Positions 37,026-46,367 are shown, counted from the first letter of the stretch. The stretch: DNA of 60,847 nt from a virus (IMGVR_UViG_3300034137_000025:1-60847); one strand, 5' to 3'. Program-made: numbers and translations. The notes: generated from the letters alone by a model not told the origin.

Positions 37026-37571
37026 TCAAGCAGCTTCTGACATCAATAGGCCTTCATGCTCAAGAATGTGCTGAGCCTCGACTAAAGCGCCGTCCACGGC
37101 CTGCTCAAGTGCCTTGCGAATGTCACGCCTCCACCGCTCTTGAGTCTTGATCGGGTGCGGCTCATCAGTCCAGTTGTCCATCAGGTACCACCCTGCCGGG
37201 AGCACATTGGTGGATCGCTTGCCGTCAGCACCTGGCAGCTTCGGCAATGCCCAAGTGACAACAGCGCAATGACGGAATCGTTCGGGAGCAGGAGAGCGCA
37301 TGCCCTTCGTCAACTCTGCGATTGCGGCGTGCTTGCGGTCGGTGTGCGTGGAGAACTTCGCCACCAGCGCCCGCCAGTGCGCCGGGCTCAATCCCCTATG
37401 CAGCCGACCGAACACCCAGCAGTCAGTCAAGAACGCCGCCTCCTTCCCGGCAATCTCCCCCTTCTGCTTGGCGCACTGGACCTTCGGCTCGAAATCACAT
37501 CCGCCCGCGCTGTTGATCGTCTCGGCGGCCAGGGCCCGGACTACTGCTGCAACCACATTGCGATATGTCAT
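37026..37571 (-). CDS. Probable late-gene regulator (Q-position antiterminator)
   Basis: Located after ninG and before the tRNA/lysis region; function inferred from position only. Confidence 0.55.
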   Translation of the reverse strand: MTYRNVVAAVVRALAAETINSAGGCDFEPKVQCAKQKGEIAGKEAAFLTDCWVFGRLHRGLSPAHWRALVAKFSTHTDRKHAAIAELTKGMRSPAPERFRHCAVVTWALPKLPGADGKRSTNVLPAGWYLMDNWTDEPHPIKTQERWRRDIRKALEQAVDGALVEAQHILEHEGLLMSEAA

Positions 37572-38152
37572 GCCTGCGCCCTCTTCAATTCTCTTGTCAT
37601 GGCCCGGTAACTGGCCGTCATAGCCTTCAATTCTTCGATGGTGTAGCGCTTGGGCTCATGCGGCCCCTCTAACCACTCAACCTTTTCAACGCCAATCCGC
37701 TTGATCAACTCGACGCGGTAGTTCAAGAGGTCGCCTGATTTGTGGGTGTTACAGGGGGCGCACTGCCTCCAGACATTGAGCGGTTCAAACCGAAGTTCTG
37801 GATGACCGCCGACCGACTTGAAATGCCCCGCTTGCCATTGACCGTTGTGGTGACGTCCGCAGCTCACACACGGCAGGCCGATGTCTCGCTCACGAATCCA
37901 GGCATTGAAAGCACGCTGAGTATCCTTGAGGTGCTCCGCCCTGCTCTTCAGCTTCTCCTTGCGAACCTTGATGTCCCGGCGCTCACGCTGATCAATGGCC
38001 TTGCGAGCCCTGTCCTGATTGGCCGGGGCAATGGCAAGGCCACACGTCCAACCGCAAACTTTTTGACCCAATTGCGCAGGCACGAACTGAGATCCGCACG
38101 CAGCGTTCGCACAGGTTTTCTTCCTTCGCTCTTTGATGACTGCACGTATCAA
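37568..38152 (-). CDS. ninG: NinG/Rap recombination endonuclease
   Basis: FNAWIRERD, CVSC, AGHF, QCAPCN. Confidence 0.92.
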   Translation of the reverse strand: MIRAVIKERRKKTCANAACGSQFVPAQLGQKVCGWTCGLAIAPANQDRARKAIDQRERRDIKVRKEKLKSRAEHLKDTQRAFNAWIRERDIGLPCVSCGRHHNGQWQAGHFKSVGGHPELRFEPLNVWRQCAPCNTHKSGDLLNYRVELIKRIGVEKVEWLEGPHEPKRYTIEELKAMTASYRAMTRELKRAQA

Positions 38153-38565
38153 TACCTGCCCTCCCACAAATCCTTCTGCGTCCACCGCACCTGGTGTTCC
38201 GCCCCAAACGCCGCAATCCATTCCAGTAAACTGGCGCACTGCTTCACGGTCAGCTTTGAGGTCCGCTCGTAGATCACGTCGAAGCCGTGGCCATCTACCG
38301 CAGGGATCATCTGCGGCTGGTCACCGGCCTCACGCAGCCAGGCAGCAGTCAGCAGGCGCTTCCAGATCAGCGCGTCCCACTTGCGCCCGGCGTGCTCGAC
38401 TTGATTAGCGATATCGGTCAGCGAGGCATGGAGCTTCTTGTTCTGCTCCCCACTGCGGTCTTGATCCTTAATGACGATCTTCTTTGGTCGGGTGAAGTCC
38501 GTTCCGTGGAGAATCCCCATCAGCCGAGAGGTGTCGTCGAGGCTTCGCATTACAAATTCGGTCAT
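38149..38565 (-). CDS. ninB: NinB recombination protein
   Basis: RSGEQNKKLHA, WKRLL, RTSKL. Confidence 0.9.
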   Translation of the reverse strand: MTEFVMRSLDDTSRLMGILHGTDFTRPKKIVIKDQDRSGEQNKKLHASLTDIANQVEHAGRKWDALIWKRLLTAAWLREAGDQPQMIPAVDGHGFDVIYERTSKLTVKQCASLLEWIAAFGAEHQVRWTQKDLWEGRY

Positions 38566-39284
38566 TGCATGGTCCTCTTGCCAAATTTCGCCATCAGCAG
38601 TTCGCGCGCTGATGCGCCGTCCACTGGGATTCCCTGCTTGATGATTCGCGCCTGGGTTTCCTGTTCGGCCAATTCGTCAGCCAGTTCCAGCGGCGTCTTC
38701 TGGCTGTCATGCCCGATGCCGGTGAGGATCTTGCCGTCGAGTGGCTGGCCTGACTGGGCGCGGCGCAGGACAATCTCGTAATTGCGCTCAAACCGGGCGC
38801 GTATGGCTTTGTCGTCCTGTTTGGCCGCTCGCAGGTCGAACTGGCCGGTCGCGTTCACGGCGATTCGTACAGCTGCATGAGTCGACGTACCCATAAGCGC
38901 TTCCATCCACGCATCGGCCTTGGATGGCATGCCGTAGGCTTCTAGGCCGGGCGTACACCACTGGATGAATTGGCCAATGCTCGGGGCGAATGGCGAGCCA
39001 CTTTTTCGACACTGCTTGATTCCGAACTCGACCTGGTTGATATCGCGAATACCGGCGTCGATGAAGCCTTTGGTCCAGCTGCGCTGAGCGGAGCCGAGGG
39101 CTTTCTCGTCTGGCCAAGCGGTTTTCCATGCTGGAAAAATGGCTTTGAGCTGGCGGAATATCTTCTCGACCACTTCGGCGGTCTGGCTGTCGACATTGCC
39201 GAGCTGAACAGGCGCCGGAGCTTCGCCCTGGCCGGCACGGATGGCCTTCGCGGCGGCTGACGTGACCGACTTGACGATTCTCAT
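38562..39284 (-). CDS. Replication protein P
   Basis: FRQLKAIFPAW and PFAPSIGQFIQWC. Confidence 0.88.
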   Translation of the reverse strand: MRIVKSVTSAAAKAIRAGQGEAPAPVQLGNVDSQTAEVVEKIFRQLKAIFPAWKTAWPDEKALGSAQRSWTKGFIDAGIRDINQVEFGIKQCRKSGSPFAPSIGQFIQWCTPGLEAYGMPSKADAWMEALMGTSTHAAVRIAVNATGQFDLRAAKQDDKAIRARFERNYEIVLRRAQSGQPLDGKILTGIGHDSQKTPLELADELAEQETQARIIKQGIPVDGASARELLMAKFGKRTMQ

Positions 39285-40138
39285 AGCTCGTCGCTCAAGT
39301 CGTTGCGCCATGCGGTGCTGTAGAAATCAGGACCGGCCGAAGATGACGATTGAGTGCGGCCAGCTTGAGCGAGACGGTTAGCGATCCAATCGGCCTTGAA
39401 TCCCTGCCAACCTGCGGACAGAGCCTCGGTCATCGCGACAGTGGCGGTGATACCAAGCTCTGCGCACTTCTCCAGCTCTGCGTTCAGGGCATCCCATACG
39501 GTCGCGCTGACGGCGGCACGCTTGGTCTTGCGCAGGGCCAACCAGTCGACAAGCAGTTGATCAGGAATCTGGTGTGGGTTCGTGGCTTGCATCTGAACCA
39601 TGCCGAACGGTGCTTTGCGCTCTGGCTTGGATTTAGCCTCCGGAACCGTCGTGACCACCTGGGGAGTAACAACCTCTTTCGTAGAAAGAGTTGTAAGGGG
39701 GTTTTTCTTTGTATAAAGAAGGCAAGTTGCAGTTTTGGTCTCACTCGCTACCGGTCTCAGTGAGACGATATTGTCTGAGTGAGACGGTTTGGTCTCAGTG
39801 AGACTTTCTGGTTTTCCTGAGTAAAAGATCCATTCGGATACAGGAGAAATGCCGATATCACCACGGCTTCCACCTACGCGAAAGATGATACGGCGCTCAA
39901 GCAGGTGGCTGATCGACTTGGACGTAACGTCGCGGCGCATGTTGGTGAGTTTGCCGATCTCATCGGCAGTTAGACGCTTGGTCTCAAGTTGATAGCCGAT
40001 TGTCTTCCTGGCAATGGCCATGAGGACGCGCAGATCACGCGCTGACAGGTCAACCGTAGCCAAGGCCTCCATGAGGCGATTGTCCATGCGGGTGAAGCCT
40101 CTGATGCTCTGGAGTGAAACAACGTTGTCGATGATCAT
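39281..40138 (-). CDS. Replication initiator O
   Basis: GFTRMDNRLMEAL and IARKTIGY; contains iterons. Confidence 0.9.
   Translation of the reverse strand: MIIDNVVSLQSIRGFTRMDNRLMEALATVDLSARDLRVLMAIARKTIGYQLETKRLTADEIGKLTNMRRDVTSKSISHLLERRIIFRVGGSRGDIGISPVSEWIFYSGKPESLTETKPSHSDNIVSLRPVASETKTATCLLYTKKNPLTTLSTKEVVTPQVVTTVPEAKSKPERKAPFGMVQMQATNPHQIPDQLLVDWLALRKTKRAAVSATVWDALNAELEKCAELGITATVAMTEALSAGWQGFKADWIANRLAQAGRTQSSSSAGPDFYSTAWRNDLSDEL
39700..39804. promoter_or_regulatory. Phage replication origin: iterons plus AT-rich tract
   Basis: GTCT(C/G)AGTGAGAC at 39754, 39773 and 39792 (19-bp period), half-site at 39738, adjacent A/T tract, all inside O. Confidence 0.8.
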
Positions 40139-40230
40139 TGGCTGATACTCGACATTGCTCGCGCCACGAAATGCTTGATCGCAAATCGTGGCGCGGGACG
40201 GGTGTTGTGTGAATCAGGTGTGGTGTGCAT
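40135..40230 (-). pseudogene. 31-codon ORF; probable N-terminal remnant of an Rha/antirepressor gene
   Basis: MHTTPDSHNTRPAPRFAIKHFVARAMSS...; GGAG RBS; stop overlaps the O start (ATGA). Confidence 0.4.
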
Positions 40231-40294
40231 AATCAACTCCGCAAATGTTGTGCAATGAGCCGGGCCGCAATCCCGGCTTTTTTGTGCCTGAAAT

Positions 40295-40717
40295 TCAGGC
40301 GGCTTTTACCGATGAATCCATCACGTCCAAACTCTGACGAACGTGTTCAATCTCAACTCGGATCTGGGCTTTCTCGAACTGGCTGATGTGGTTGTCACCC
40401 AGCGCCTCGTGGACCGCGATGGTTAGGTCTGCCACTTCCTTGCCTACGTTGATGAGGGATGAGGTCAGTGCCTGGGGCTGAGCAGCCGTCTTCGATACCA
40501 ACTGAAATCCGAACTCTTCCGCCAGCACCATCAGTGGGCGCATGTCGCCGGTGTGCAGCAGAATCCCGAAGAGGTGCTCAATAGTCAGGCGATGAGCGTC
40601 GTTGTCCGGATTGGCACGCTGGAGCAGGCTCACATGAGCAACGCCCATCTTGGCCGCCAGCGCCTTGGCTTCGTTCTCCAGAACAGCGCTCTGGCAAGCC
40701 CTCAAGAAATTGTCCAT
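40295..40717 (-). CDS. cII: Phage regulatory protein CII family
   Basis: LAAKMG..LLQRANPDNDAHRLT and KEVADL. Confidence 0.8.
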   Translation of the reverse strand: MDNFLRACQSAVLENEAKALAAKMGVAHVSLLQRANPDNDAHRLTIEHLFGILLHTGDMRPLMVLAEEFGFQLVSKTAAQPQALTSSLINVGKEVADLTIAVHEALGDNHISQFEKAQIRVEIEHVRQSLDVMDSSVKAA

Positions 40718-40882
40718 TCGTAAAACCTCTGTTCTGTTTCCGTGGTGGCGCAATGCCAACAAGGTGAAACTCTGTTCATCAACTGATCAGGGATGAACCC
40801 ATGACCCTTTCAAGTCCTTTTGTAGGGACCCGAATTTACAAACCTCACCACCGCTGTTTGCGGTCCCTAATAAAGGACCCGG

Positions 40883-41122
40883 TTACGCTTTGCGGCGGAT
40901 ATGAACCACGTTGTTCGGTACTGATGAGTCTTGTGGAATGCTTGAAGCGAATGACCCGTGTACTGGGTCGCTAGCCCTATGAGCGTCCTCAAGCGCCCCA
41001 AGGATCTTGCTGAGCGCTCGCCTGACCAGCTCGGGACCGGTGGACCCAACCTTCATTGCCATTCGGTCGAAAGCGTCCATCTGTTGCTGATCCAGGGTTA
41101 CTTCATGCTCTGGAGTCTTCAT
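40883..41122 (-). CDS. Small RHH-like protein
   Basis: VTLD..MDAFDRMA...ELVRRAL; GAGG RBS. Confidence 0.5.
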   Translation of the reverse strand: MKTPEHEVTLDQQQMDAFDRMAMKVGSTGPELVRRALSKILGALEDAHRASDPVHGSFASSIPQDSSVPNNVVHIRRKA

Positions 41123-41149
41123 TGCCCGTCCTCTGGTGCGATTGAGCTG

Positions 41150-41353
41150 TCAGCCAAGTTTTCTTTCGATCCAGTCGGGCAACTCGCCCGTCTCCTCGAA
41201 TACCTCGATTACCGCCTTGAGAATTTCCCGACTCAAGACGCTGTGCTGCTCGCCAAGGCGAAGCGCGCAGGCCTTAAGCCGAAAAAACTCGTCCTCATTC
41301 AGCAGAACCTTCACTTGGCGCTTGTGGAGATGCGCTTTCTTTCCGTAGGCCAT
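41150..41353 (-). CDS. Small RHH-like DNA-binding protein
   Basis: VKVLLNEDEF..LKACA...SVLSREIL. Confidence 0.6.
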   Translation of the reverse strand: MAYGKKAHLHKRQVKVLLNEDEFFRLKACALRLGEQHSVLSREILKAVIEVFEETGELPDWIERKLG

Positions 41354-41386
41354 GTGGGTCGGTTCCCGGGTTGCGAGGGTTATTGG

Positions 41387-41584
41387 TCAGGCGGCGGACT
41401 TTCGCGCCGGAATTGGCCTGATCTCATTGGCTTCAACTGTTCCGTCATCCATCAACGTGATGGATATGGCCCGGTTCGAGCGATGCATCTGGGATACGGC
41501 GCTCTGCTGAATACCCAGAGCCTTGGCGAGATCGCTCTGGGTGCCATGAGCTGACAGGTACTCCCCAAGGGTTACGGTCTTCAT
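41387..41584 (-). CDS. cro: Cro repressor
   Basis: TQSDLAKALGIQQSAVSQM HTH; divergent from cI. Confidence 0.9.
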   Translation of the reverse strand: MKTVTLGEYLSAHGTQSDLAKALGIQQSAVSQMHRSNRAISITLMDDGTVEANEIRPIPARKSAA

Positions 41585-41615
41585 TGGCGGTGCTCACGTT
41601 GGATTTGATCCAGAT

Positions 41616-41689
41616 ATTAGCACTGCTGTTTTGAAAAAAACAAGGAAAGGATTAGCACTGCTGTTTGCACAAATAACAGCGGTGCTACT
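41616..41689. promoter_or_regulatory. OR: three 15-bp operators
   Basis: ATTAGCACTGCTGTT at 41616 and 41651; AACAGCGGTGCTACT at 41675; palindromic AGCAnTGCT core. Confidence 0.85.
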
Positions 41690-41700
41690 TAATCACGCGC

Positions 41701-42522
41701 ATGAAGAAACCGATTAGAACGCCGCTAACCCAAGAGCAGCTGGCTGATGCCCAGCGCCTGCGGGATGCGTACAAGCGAAAAGTTGCCGAGTCGAAGGCCT
41801 TGGGCCAGACGCCAACTTTGAACCAGGCGGAGGTCGGGTCGATGTGCGGCTGGAATTCGCCTCAAAGCACTGTCAGCCAGTACATGAACGGCAAGGTGGC
41901 GCTGAATCTCGATGCACTGATCAAGTTGTCCCATGCATTGGACTTTGAGCCAGCAGATGTGAGCCCCACTCTTGCCGCTGGCATTACTCGGGCGCCAGAT
42001 CCAGGCGCTGCACAGCTTGAGGCTCGAGAGGCACCAGCGTCCGCCGCGAAAACGCCTCTTCCGGCCGGCAGCGACCTTGATGATGACCGTGACGAGAAAT
42101 ACGCCTTCATCCCTCAATATTCAGCAAAGGCAGCAGCAGGATTTGGTCACGAGAATCCACACGTCGAATCCCTCGCCACGCTCGCCTTCAAGCGCGAATG
42201 GCTCAAGATGAAGGGAGTCAACCAAAAGCATCTGATCGTGATCTATGCCGACGGCGACAGCATGTGGCCGACGATCAACGACCACGATGTTCTATTGTTG
42301 GACACGTCCAAGACAGAGCCAGCTGATGGACAGGTGTTTGTTCTGACTAGTGCTGATAAGGGTGCGATCGTAAAGCGCCTAGTCCAAACGCCCTTGGGCG
42401 GTTGGATCATTCGGAGCGACAACGACGACTGCGACGATTATGCGGACGTGATGCTTTCACGCAGCGAGGTAAACGAGCACAGGATCATAGGAAAGGTTAT
42501 CTGGCGCGGCGGGGATTTGTAG
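41701..42522 (+). CDS. cI: CI repressor (HTH plus S24 autopeptidase)
   Basis: QSTVSQYMNG HTH, AAG cleavage site, GDSM and VKRL catalytic motifs intact. Confidence 0.95.
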   Translation: MKKPIRTPLTQEQLADAQRLRDAYKRKVAESKALGQTPTLNQAEVGSMCGWNSPQSTVSQYMNGKVALNLDALIKLSHALDFEPADVSPTLAAGITRAPDPGAAQLEAREAPASAAKTPLPAGSDLDDDRDEKYAFIPQYSAKAAAGFGHENPHVESLATLAFKREWLKMKGVNQKHLIVIYADGDSMWPTINDHDVLLLDTSKTEPADGQVFVLTSADKGAIVKRLVQTPLGGWIIRSDNDDCDDYADVMLSRSEVNEHRIIGKVIWRGGDL

Positions 42523-42548
42523 ACTTACTTCCTTCACGGGAGGGCATC

Positions 42549-42788
42549 ATGAGTATCAATAAGCCTTCAAACGATATGCGCATGGACCTGGGCAAAGCGG
42601 CAAAGAAGCTCAGGCGCACCTCAATAGGCCTGCTTGGAATGGCTGTGCGACTGAGCGAAGCAGGCCTCGAAGCCGAGTCACTGAAGCTGCTTGCGATGGC
42701 GCGCGACCTGAATGAGATCGAGGACGCGGCCGTTGCCTACGCCAAAGAAGTCGGCACAGGAGTAGTGGCGCGGTCCAGTATCAACTGA
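42549..42788 (+). CDS. Small helical protein, paralog A
   Basis: GGAGG RBS; aligns without gaps to 43109-43372. Confidence 0.7.
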   Translation: MSINKPSNDMRMDLGKAAKKLRRTSIGLLGMAVRLSEAGLEAESLKLLAMARDLNEIEDAAVAYAKEVGTGVVARSSIN

Positions 42789-42826
42789 GGTAGCGCGACG
42801 GCATCTATAAGATCAGGAGCCTTATT

Positions 42827-43051
42827 ATGAGCACCGAGATTGCCAGGACACACATGGTTTCAGAACTTTCCAGGCTCGCAGAGGATTTCGAGTTTTCTGC
42901 TGCTGGCTTGGGCAAGCTCCGGGAAGCTGAAGGGTTAATGGATGCCGAAACATCAGACCTGATAAAGCAACTTCGTTACACCTCAGCTCAATTAAAGATC
43001 CTTGCTGGTCAAGCCGACAAAGGCGTCAATGGTGACGGCGATGCTGAGTAG
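42827..43051 (+). CDS. Small helical protein
   Basis: AGGAG RBS; amphipathic helices. Confidence 0.65.
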   Translation: MSTEIARTHMVSELSRLAEDFEFSAAGLGKLREAEGLMDAETSDLIKQLRYTSAQLKILAGQADKGVNGDGDAE

Positions 43052-43108
43052 ATGGCGCAGCGCGGATTCGTAGCCGATAACGAATGGCAAGCTAGGGCAG
43101 CAGAATAA

Positions 43109-43372
43109 ATGGCTGATGACATTCAAGGGCTTGATGGGGAGAGAACTGCCCAGCAAGAGTTGTTTTTCGATCTTGAAGACTCCGGCGCAATACTTGGTTG
43201 GTCTGTCGTTGAGCTGAATGGCATCGCCATGCGCATCGACGCTGGCGGTAATGCCGATGACGCTGCAGCCCTGCTGAGCATCTGCAAGCTGCTTAAAACC
43301 GAGCAAGGAAGGATTTCAACGTACGCGGATGAAGCAAAAGGCGGCCGGATCGTTAGGGTCGGGGTTGAATAG
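43109..43372 (+). CDS. Small helical protein, paralog B
   Basis: 16/63 ungapped identities with 42549-42788. Confidence 0.7.
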   Translation: MADDIQGLDGERTAQQELFFDLEDSGAILGWSVVELNGIAMRIDAGGNADDAAALLSICKLLKTEQGRISTYADEAKGGRIVRVGVE

Positions 43373-43426
43373 CTAGCGCGGCAGAGACTCGTAGGGACCA
43401 TCAAAAATACTTTACGGACGGCTATT

Positions 43427-43475
43427 GCATGCTAATTTTTTCAACCTACAATGTAGGTACGAAAAATTAGCATGC
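43427..43475. promoter_or_regulatory. 49-bp palindromic operator
   Basis: GCATGCTAATTTTT-tca-ACCTACA-a-TGTAGGT-acg-AAAAATTAGCATGC. Confidence 0.75.
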
Positions 43476-43484
43476 GAGCTATCG

Positions 43485-44150
43485 ATGCAGAATCTAAACA
43501 CCGTCGTCATTGATCAGCCCCTAGAAGTGCAGCACGCTCTTGCCTCTATTGGGCTTACCAAAGAAATAGTCATAGGCATCGCAAAGAGCGCGGCATATGC
43601 CAGAGCCGAATATCTTCCCAGCGTTGATCCTGTCAACTTCCCAGGAACTCGCGCCTATCAAGAAGGCACCAGGCAGCTACGCTTGCAGACCAAGCCTGAC
43701 GGTTGGGTTACGAAAAAATTCAATAACATCGAGCTTATTCACAGTTCTGATGCCGGCCTAATGCTCGGCTTTCAAAATGTCGATCATGCCTGCTCTAGTA
43801 AAGATCCTCAGGCCATCTCCCGTCGGGGCGAGGGTACCAAGCAGCTCGTATCCATGCCGTACCAAACGAACCTCTTTGGGGGTGGTAACAGCGTTGCTTA
43901 CTCATCCGCTCCAAGTGGAGTTTTTCCTGTCGTTTGGTTCGTTTGTGTGGCCGCGCATGCAGATCGTATTCAAGTCGAGGTATCTCGACCTAAGCCTTTT
44001 GAGGGCGATCAGTTTAATGGCTTTTTTGAGAGAATTTTTGTAGCGGATGAGAGCCTCGAATCCGACGAACCTACTCCGGCACGCCTTGATGACGATATTG
44101 AGGATGATCACGACTTCACAATCACCAAAAAGCAAAATGGCAACTCTTAA
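43485..44150 (+). CDS. Putative toxin of a RosmerTA-like system
   Basis: Overlaps the HTH-Zn peptidase start by 14 nt; acidic tail; function inferred from architecture. Confidence 0.6.
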   Translation: MQNLNTVVIDQPLEVQHALASIGLTKEIVIGIAKSAAYARAEYLPSVDPVNFPGTRAYQEGTRQLRLQTKPDGWVTKKFNNIELIHSSDAGLMLGFQNVDHACSSKDPQAISRRGEGTKQLVSMPYQTNLFGGGNSVAYSSAPSGVFPVVWFVCVAAHADRIQVEVSRPKPFEGDQFNGFFERIFVADESLESDEPTPARLDDDIEDDHDFTITKKQNGNS

Positions 44151-45210
44151 CTTAACTCGCCTGACTTTTGCGAGGAAGCGACGGCAGCTTACGCAGAAGC
44201 AGCTCGCGGAGTTGGCGGGCATTTCAAGCATCACTCTAACCCGCATACTCAAGGGCGTAATCATATCGCCTGGCGATGAGACGATAGCGTCGTTGGCCAA
44301 GGCGTTAGGTTATCCAGTCAGTTTTCTCTTCATGGATGACATCGATGAGCTGGATGAGAAAGAAGTTAGCTTCAGAAGCTTGAAGGCAATGACTGCCAAA
44401 CAAACCGACGCAGCTTTAGCTAGCGGCTCACTGGGCTACATATTTAACGACTGGGTGTCTAGTAAGTTCAATTTGCCTGAAGCTGATCTCCCGGAGCTCC
44501 GATCCGAAGATCCCGCATCCGCCGCAGCGGCGATCCGCAGGCATTGGGGTATTGGATTCCGTCCGATCCCTAACCTGATAAAGCTCTTAGAGTCAAAAGG
44601 GGTCAGGGTATTCACCCTCGCGGAAGGAAAGAACGTCGATGCTTTCTCTTTCTGGAGAGATGGCGTTCCTTATATGTTCCTGAACACGCTGAAGTCTGCT
44701 GAGCGCAGCCGTTTTGATGCGGCCCATGAGCTCGGCCACCTGTTGATGCACTGCCACGGATATCCAGATGGGCGCGAAGTCGAAAGGGAGGCGGATACCT
44801 TTGCCTCACAATTGCTGATTCCTAGAGAAGATCTTCTTGCTCACCTCCCGGCACTTCCGTCATTGAGGAAAATACTCGCGAGTAAGCACAGGTGGGGGGT
44901 TTCAGTTGCCGCGCTAGCACGTACCGCCAGGGATTCTGAACTCCTGACTGACTGGCATTACAGGGAGCTTTGTAAACAGATAGCGACTGCTGGGTATCGC
45001 ACCAAGGAGCCGGAATCCATTCCGCGCGAACGGTCTGTACTCTGGAAGAAGGTACTGGAGGAGCTGTGGAGGGATGGGCACACAAAAGAGACCATAGCTA
45101 CACAGTTATGCCTGCCACTTGACGAAGTTCACTCGCTTCTCCAAGGGGTGTTGGGCGGGATACTTCTCACGGAAAGGACCGCCGCCGCACAGCCCCTCCG
45201 GCTGGTATAG
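44137..45210 (+). CDS. XRE-HTH plus ImmA/IrrE-type zinc metallopeptidase (RmrA-like antitoxin)
   Basis: LTQKQLAELAGIS HTH; RSRFDAAHELGHL; EREADTFAS. Confidence 0.9.
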   Translation: MATLNLTRLTFARKRRQLTQKQLAELAGISSITLTRILKGVIISPGDETIASLAKALGYPVSFLFMDDIDELDEKEVSFRSLKAMTAKQTDAALASGSLGYIFNDWVSSKFNLPEADLPELRSEDPASAAAAIRRHWGIGFRPIPNLIKLLESKGVRVFTLAEGKNVDAFSFWRDGVPYMFLNTLKSAERSRFDAAHELGHLLMHCHGYPDGREVEREADTFASQLLIPREDLLAHLPALPSLRKILASKHRWGVSVAALARTARDSELLTDWHYRELCKQIATAGYRTKEPESIPRERSVLWKKVLEELWRDGHTKETIATQLCLPLDEVHSLLQGVLGGILLTERTAAAQPLRLV

Positions 45211-45226
45211 CAGGAAGTATTATCCG

Positions 45227-45252
45227 AAGCCCGGCAAAGCGCCGGGCTTTTT
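45227..45252 (+). terminator. Intrinsic terminator
   Basis: AAGCCCGGC-AAAGC-GCCGGGCTTTTT. Confidence 0.8.
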
Positions 45253-45414
45253 CATTGCAGGCTTTCACGAGCTTTTCATGTTTCGCCGCGTAGCCTTGGT
45301 TTTGCTCCTTCATGACTTTAAGCCCGTTGATCCCCATCACGGGCTTTTCTTTGTCCGCAATTCGTCAACGTGCCATGCCTGCCCTACGCTTTCCTCTCCT
45401 ATGGAGGAAGCGCT

Positions 45415-45657
45415 ATGTCCCTGCCAGACGATCCAACCCCTGCCCTGCTCCACCGTCTTAACTTGAACATCAATGCTCTCGGCTCGGCCATCGAAGAGAT
45501 CGGCATCTGGATCAATCAGCGCGGATCTATAGAGGTGTCTGGAAGGATTGAACAGCAGCTTGACGTGCTTAACGAGAATGCAGACTTCATCGCCGAGGCC
45601 ATGGCTGACCTAGTGGCGAGGTGGAAGCCCGAGAGCGAGATTGACTCAAGCGATTAA
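45415..45657 (+). CDS. Small helical hypothetical protein
   Basis: GGAGG RBS; LNLNINALGSAIEEIGIW. Confidence 0.7.
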   Translation: MSLPDDPTPALLHRLNLNINALGSAIEEIGIWINQRGSIEVSGRIEQQLDVLNENADFIAEAMADLVARWKPESEIDSSD

Positions 45658-45743
45658 CTCGTTGCACGCCGACGAGCGGTATTGACGCAGCGATCCAGTC
45701 ACATAATTTCCGATGTGAACCCACCATACACAGGGAACATATA

Positions 45744-45983
45744 ATGGACATTGAGCACGGCTTAAGGCTGCTTCTTCCACAGATCCAAGCGTTGCTGGGA
45801 AACAATACCTTGAGCTACCAGTATCACGGCCAGGATCGGTCTGCTTCATTTACTCTAAGGCACCCCGAGGGCGGGCTTTTGATCATTCATGAACCGCGCC
45901 CGGATATCATTGCTTTAAACGGGCCTGAAAAGCCTGCGCAATTCTTCATCGACCAGATGGTGCACAAACGGTGGCCAATCTGA
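45744..45983 (+). CDS. Small hypothetical protein
   Basis: AGGGA RBS; terminator downstream. Confidence 0.5.
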   Translation: MDIEHGLRLLLPQIQALLGNNTLSYQYHGQDRSASFTLRHPEGGLLIIHEPRPDIIALNGPEKPAQFFIDQMVHKRWPI

Positions 45984-46084
45984 CCAACGACCGAGCCCGC
46001 TAATGCCGCGGGCTTTTTCGTGCCCACAACATCACGGAGTACAAATGTACTCCTCCGGCTTGCCATTTTCCGGCAAGGCCAATA

Positions 46085-46100
46085 CTGTATATCCATACAT
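46085..46100. promoter_or_regulatory. Imperfect LexA box
   Basis: CTGTATATCCATACAT has one mismatch at the final G. Confidence 0.5.
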
Positions 46101-46118
46101 ATATGGAGCAGTAATCTC

Positions 46119-46367
46119 ATGGCAAAGGCAAAACCAGCACTGAAAGTCCCCACCTCCTACGAGCTGCTTGGGATGCGCATCCAGAAGTCCATAAACAACC
46201 CTAGGGCGCAAATCTCGAAGTCGGCGCTTCTGGAGCGATTACCGGATGACCTAGCTGAAGACTGGGCGCAGATGCTGGATGAGATCGCCGAGAACGACAA
46301 CGTAACCCTTGCCCACCGTGATGACGGCAACGTCCACATCTTCTGGACCGTTCCGAAGGAAGACTGA
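46119..46367 (+). CDS. DUF1654-like phage protein
   Basis: YELLGMRIQKSIN.P.AQ and LLERLPDD..DW. Confidence 0.75.
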   Translation: MAKAKPALKVPTSYELLGMRIQKSINNPRAQISKSALLERLPDDLAEDWAQMLDEIAENDNVTLAHRDDGNVHIFWTVPKED

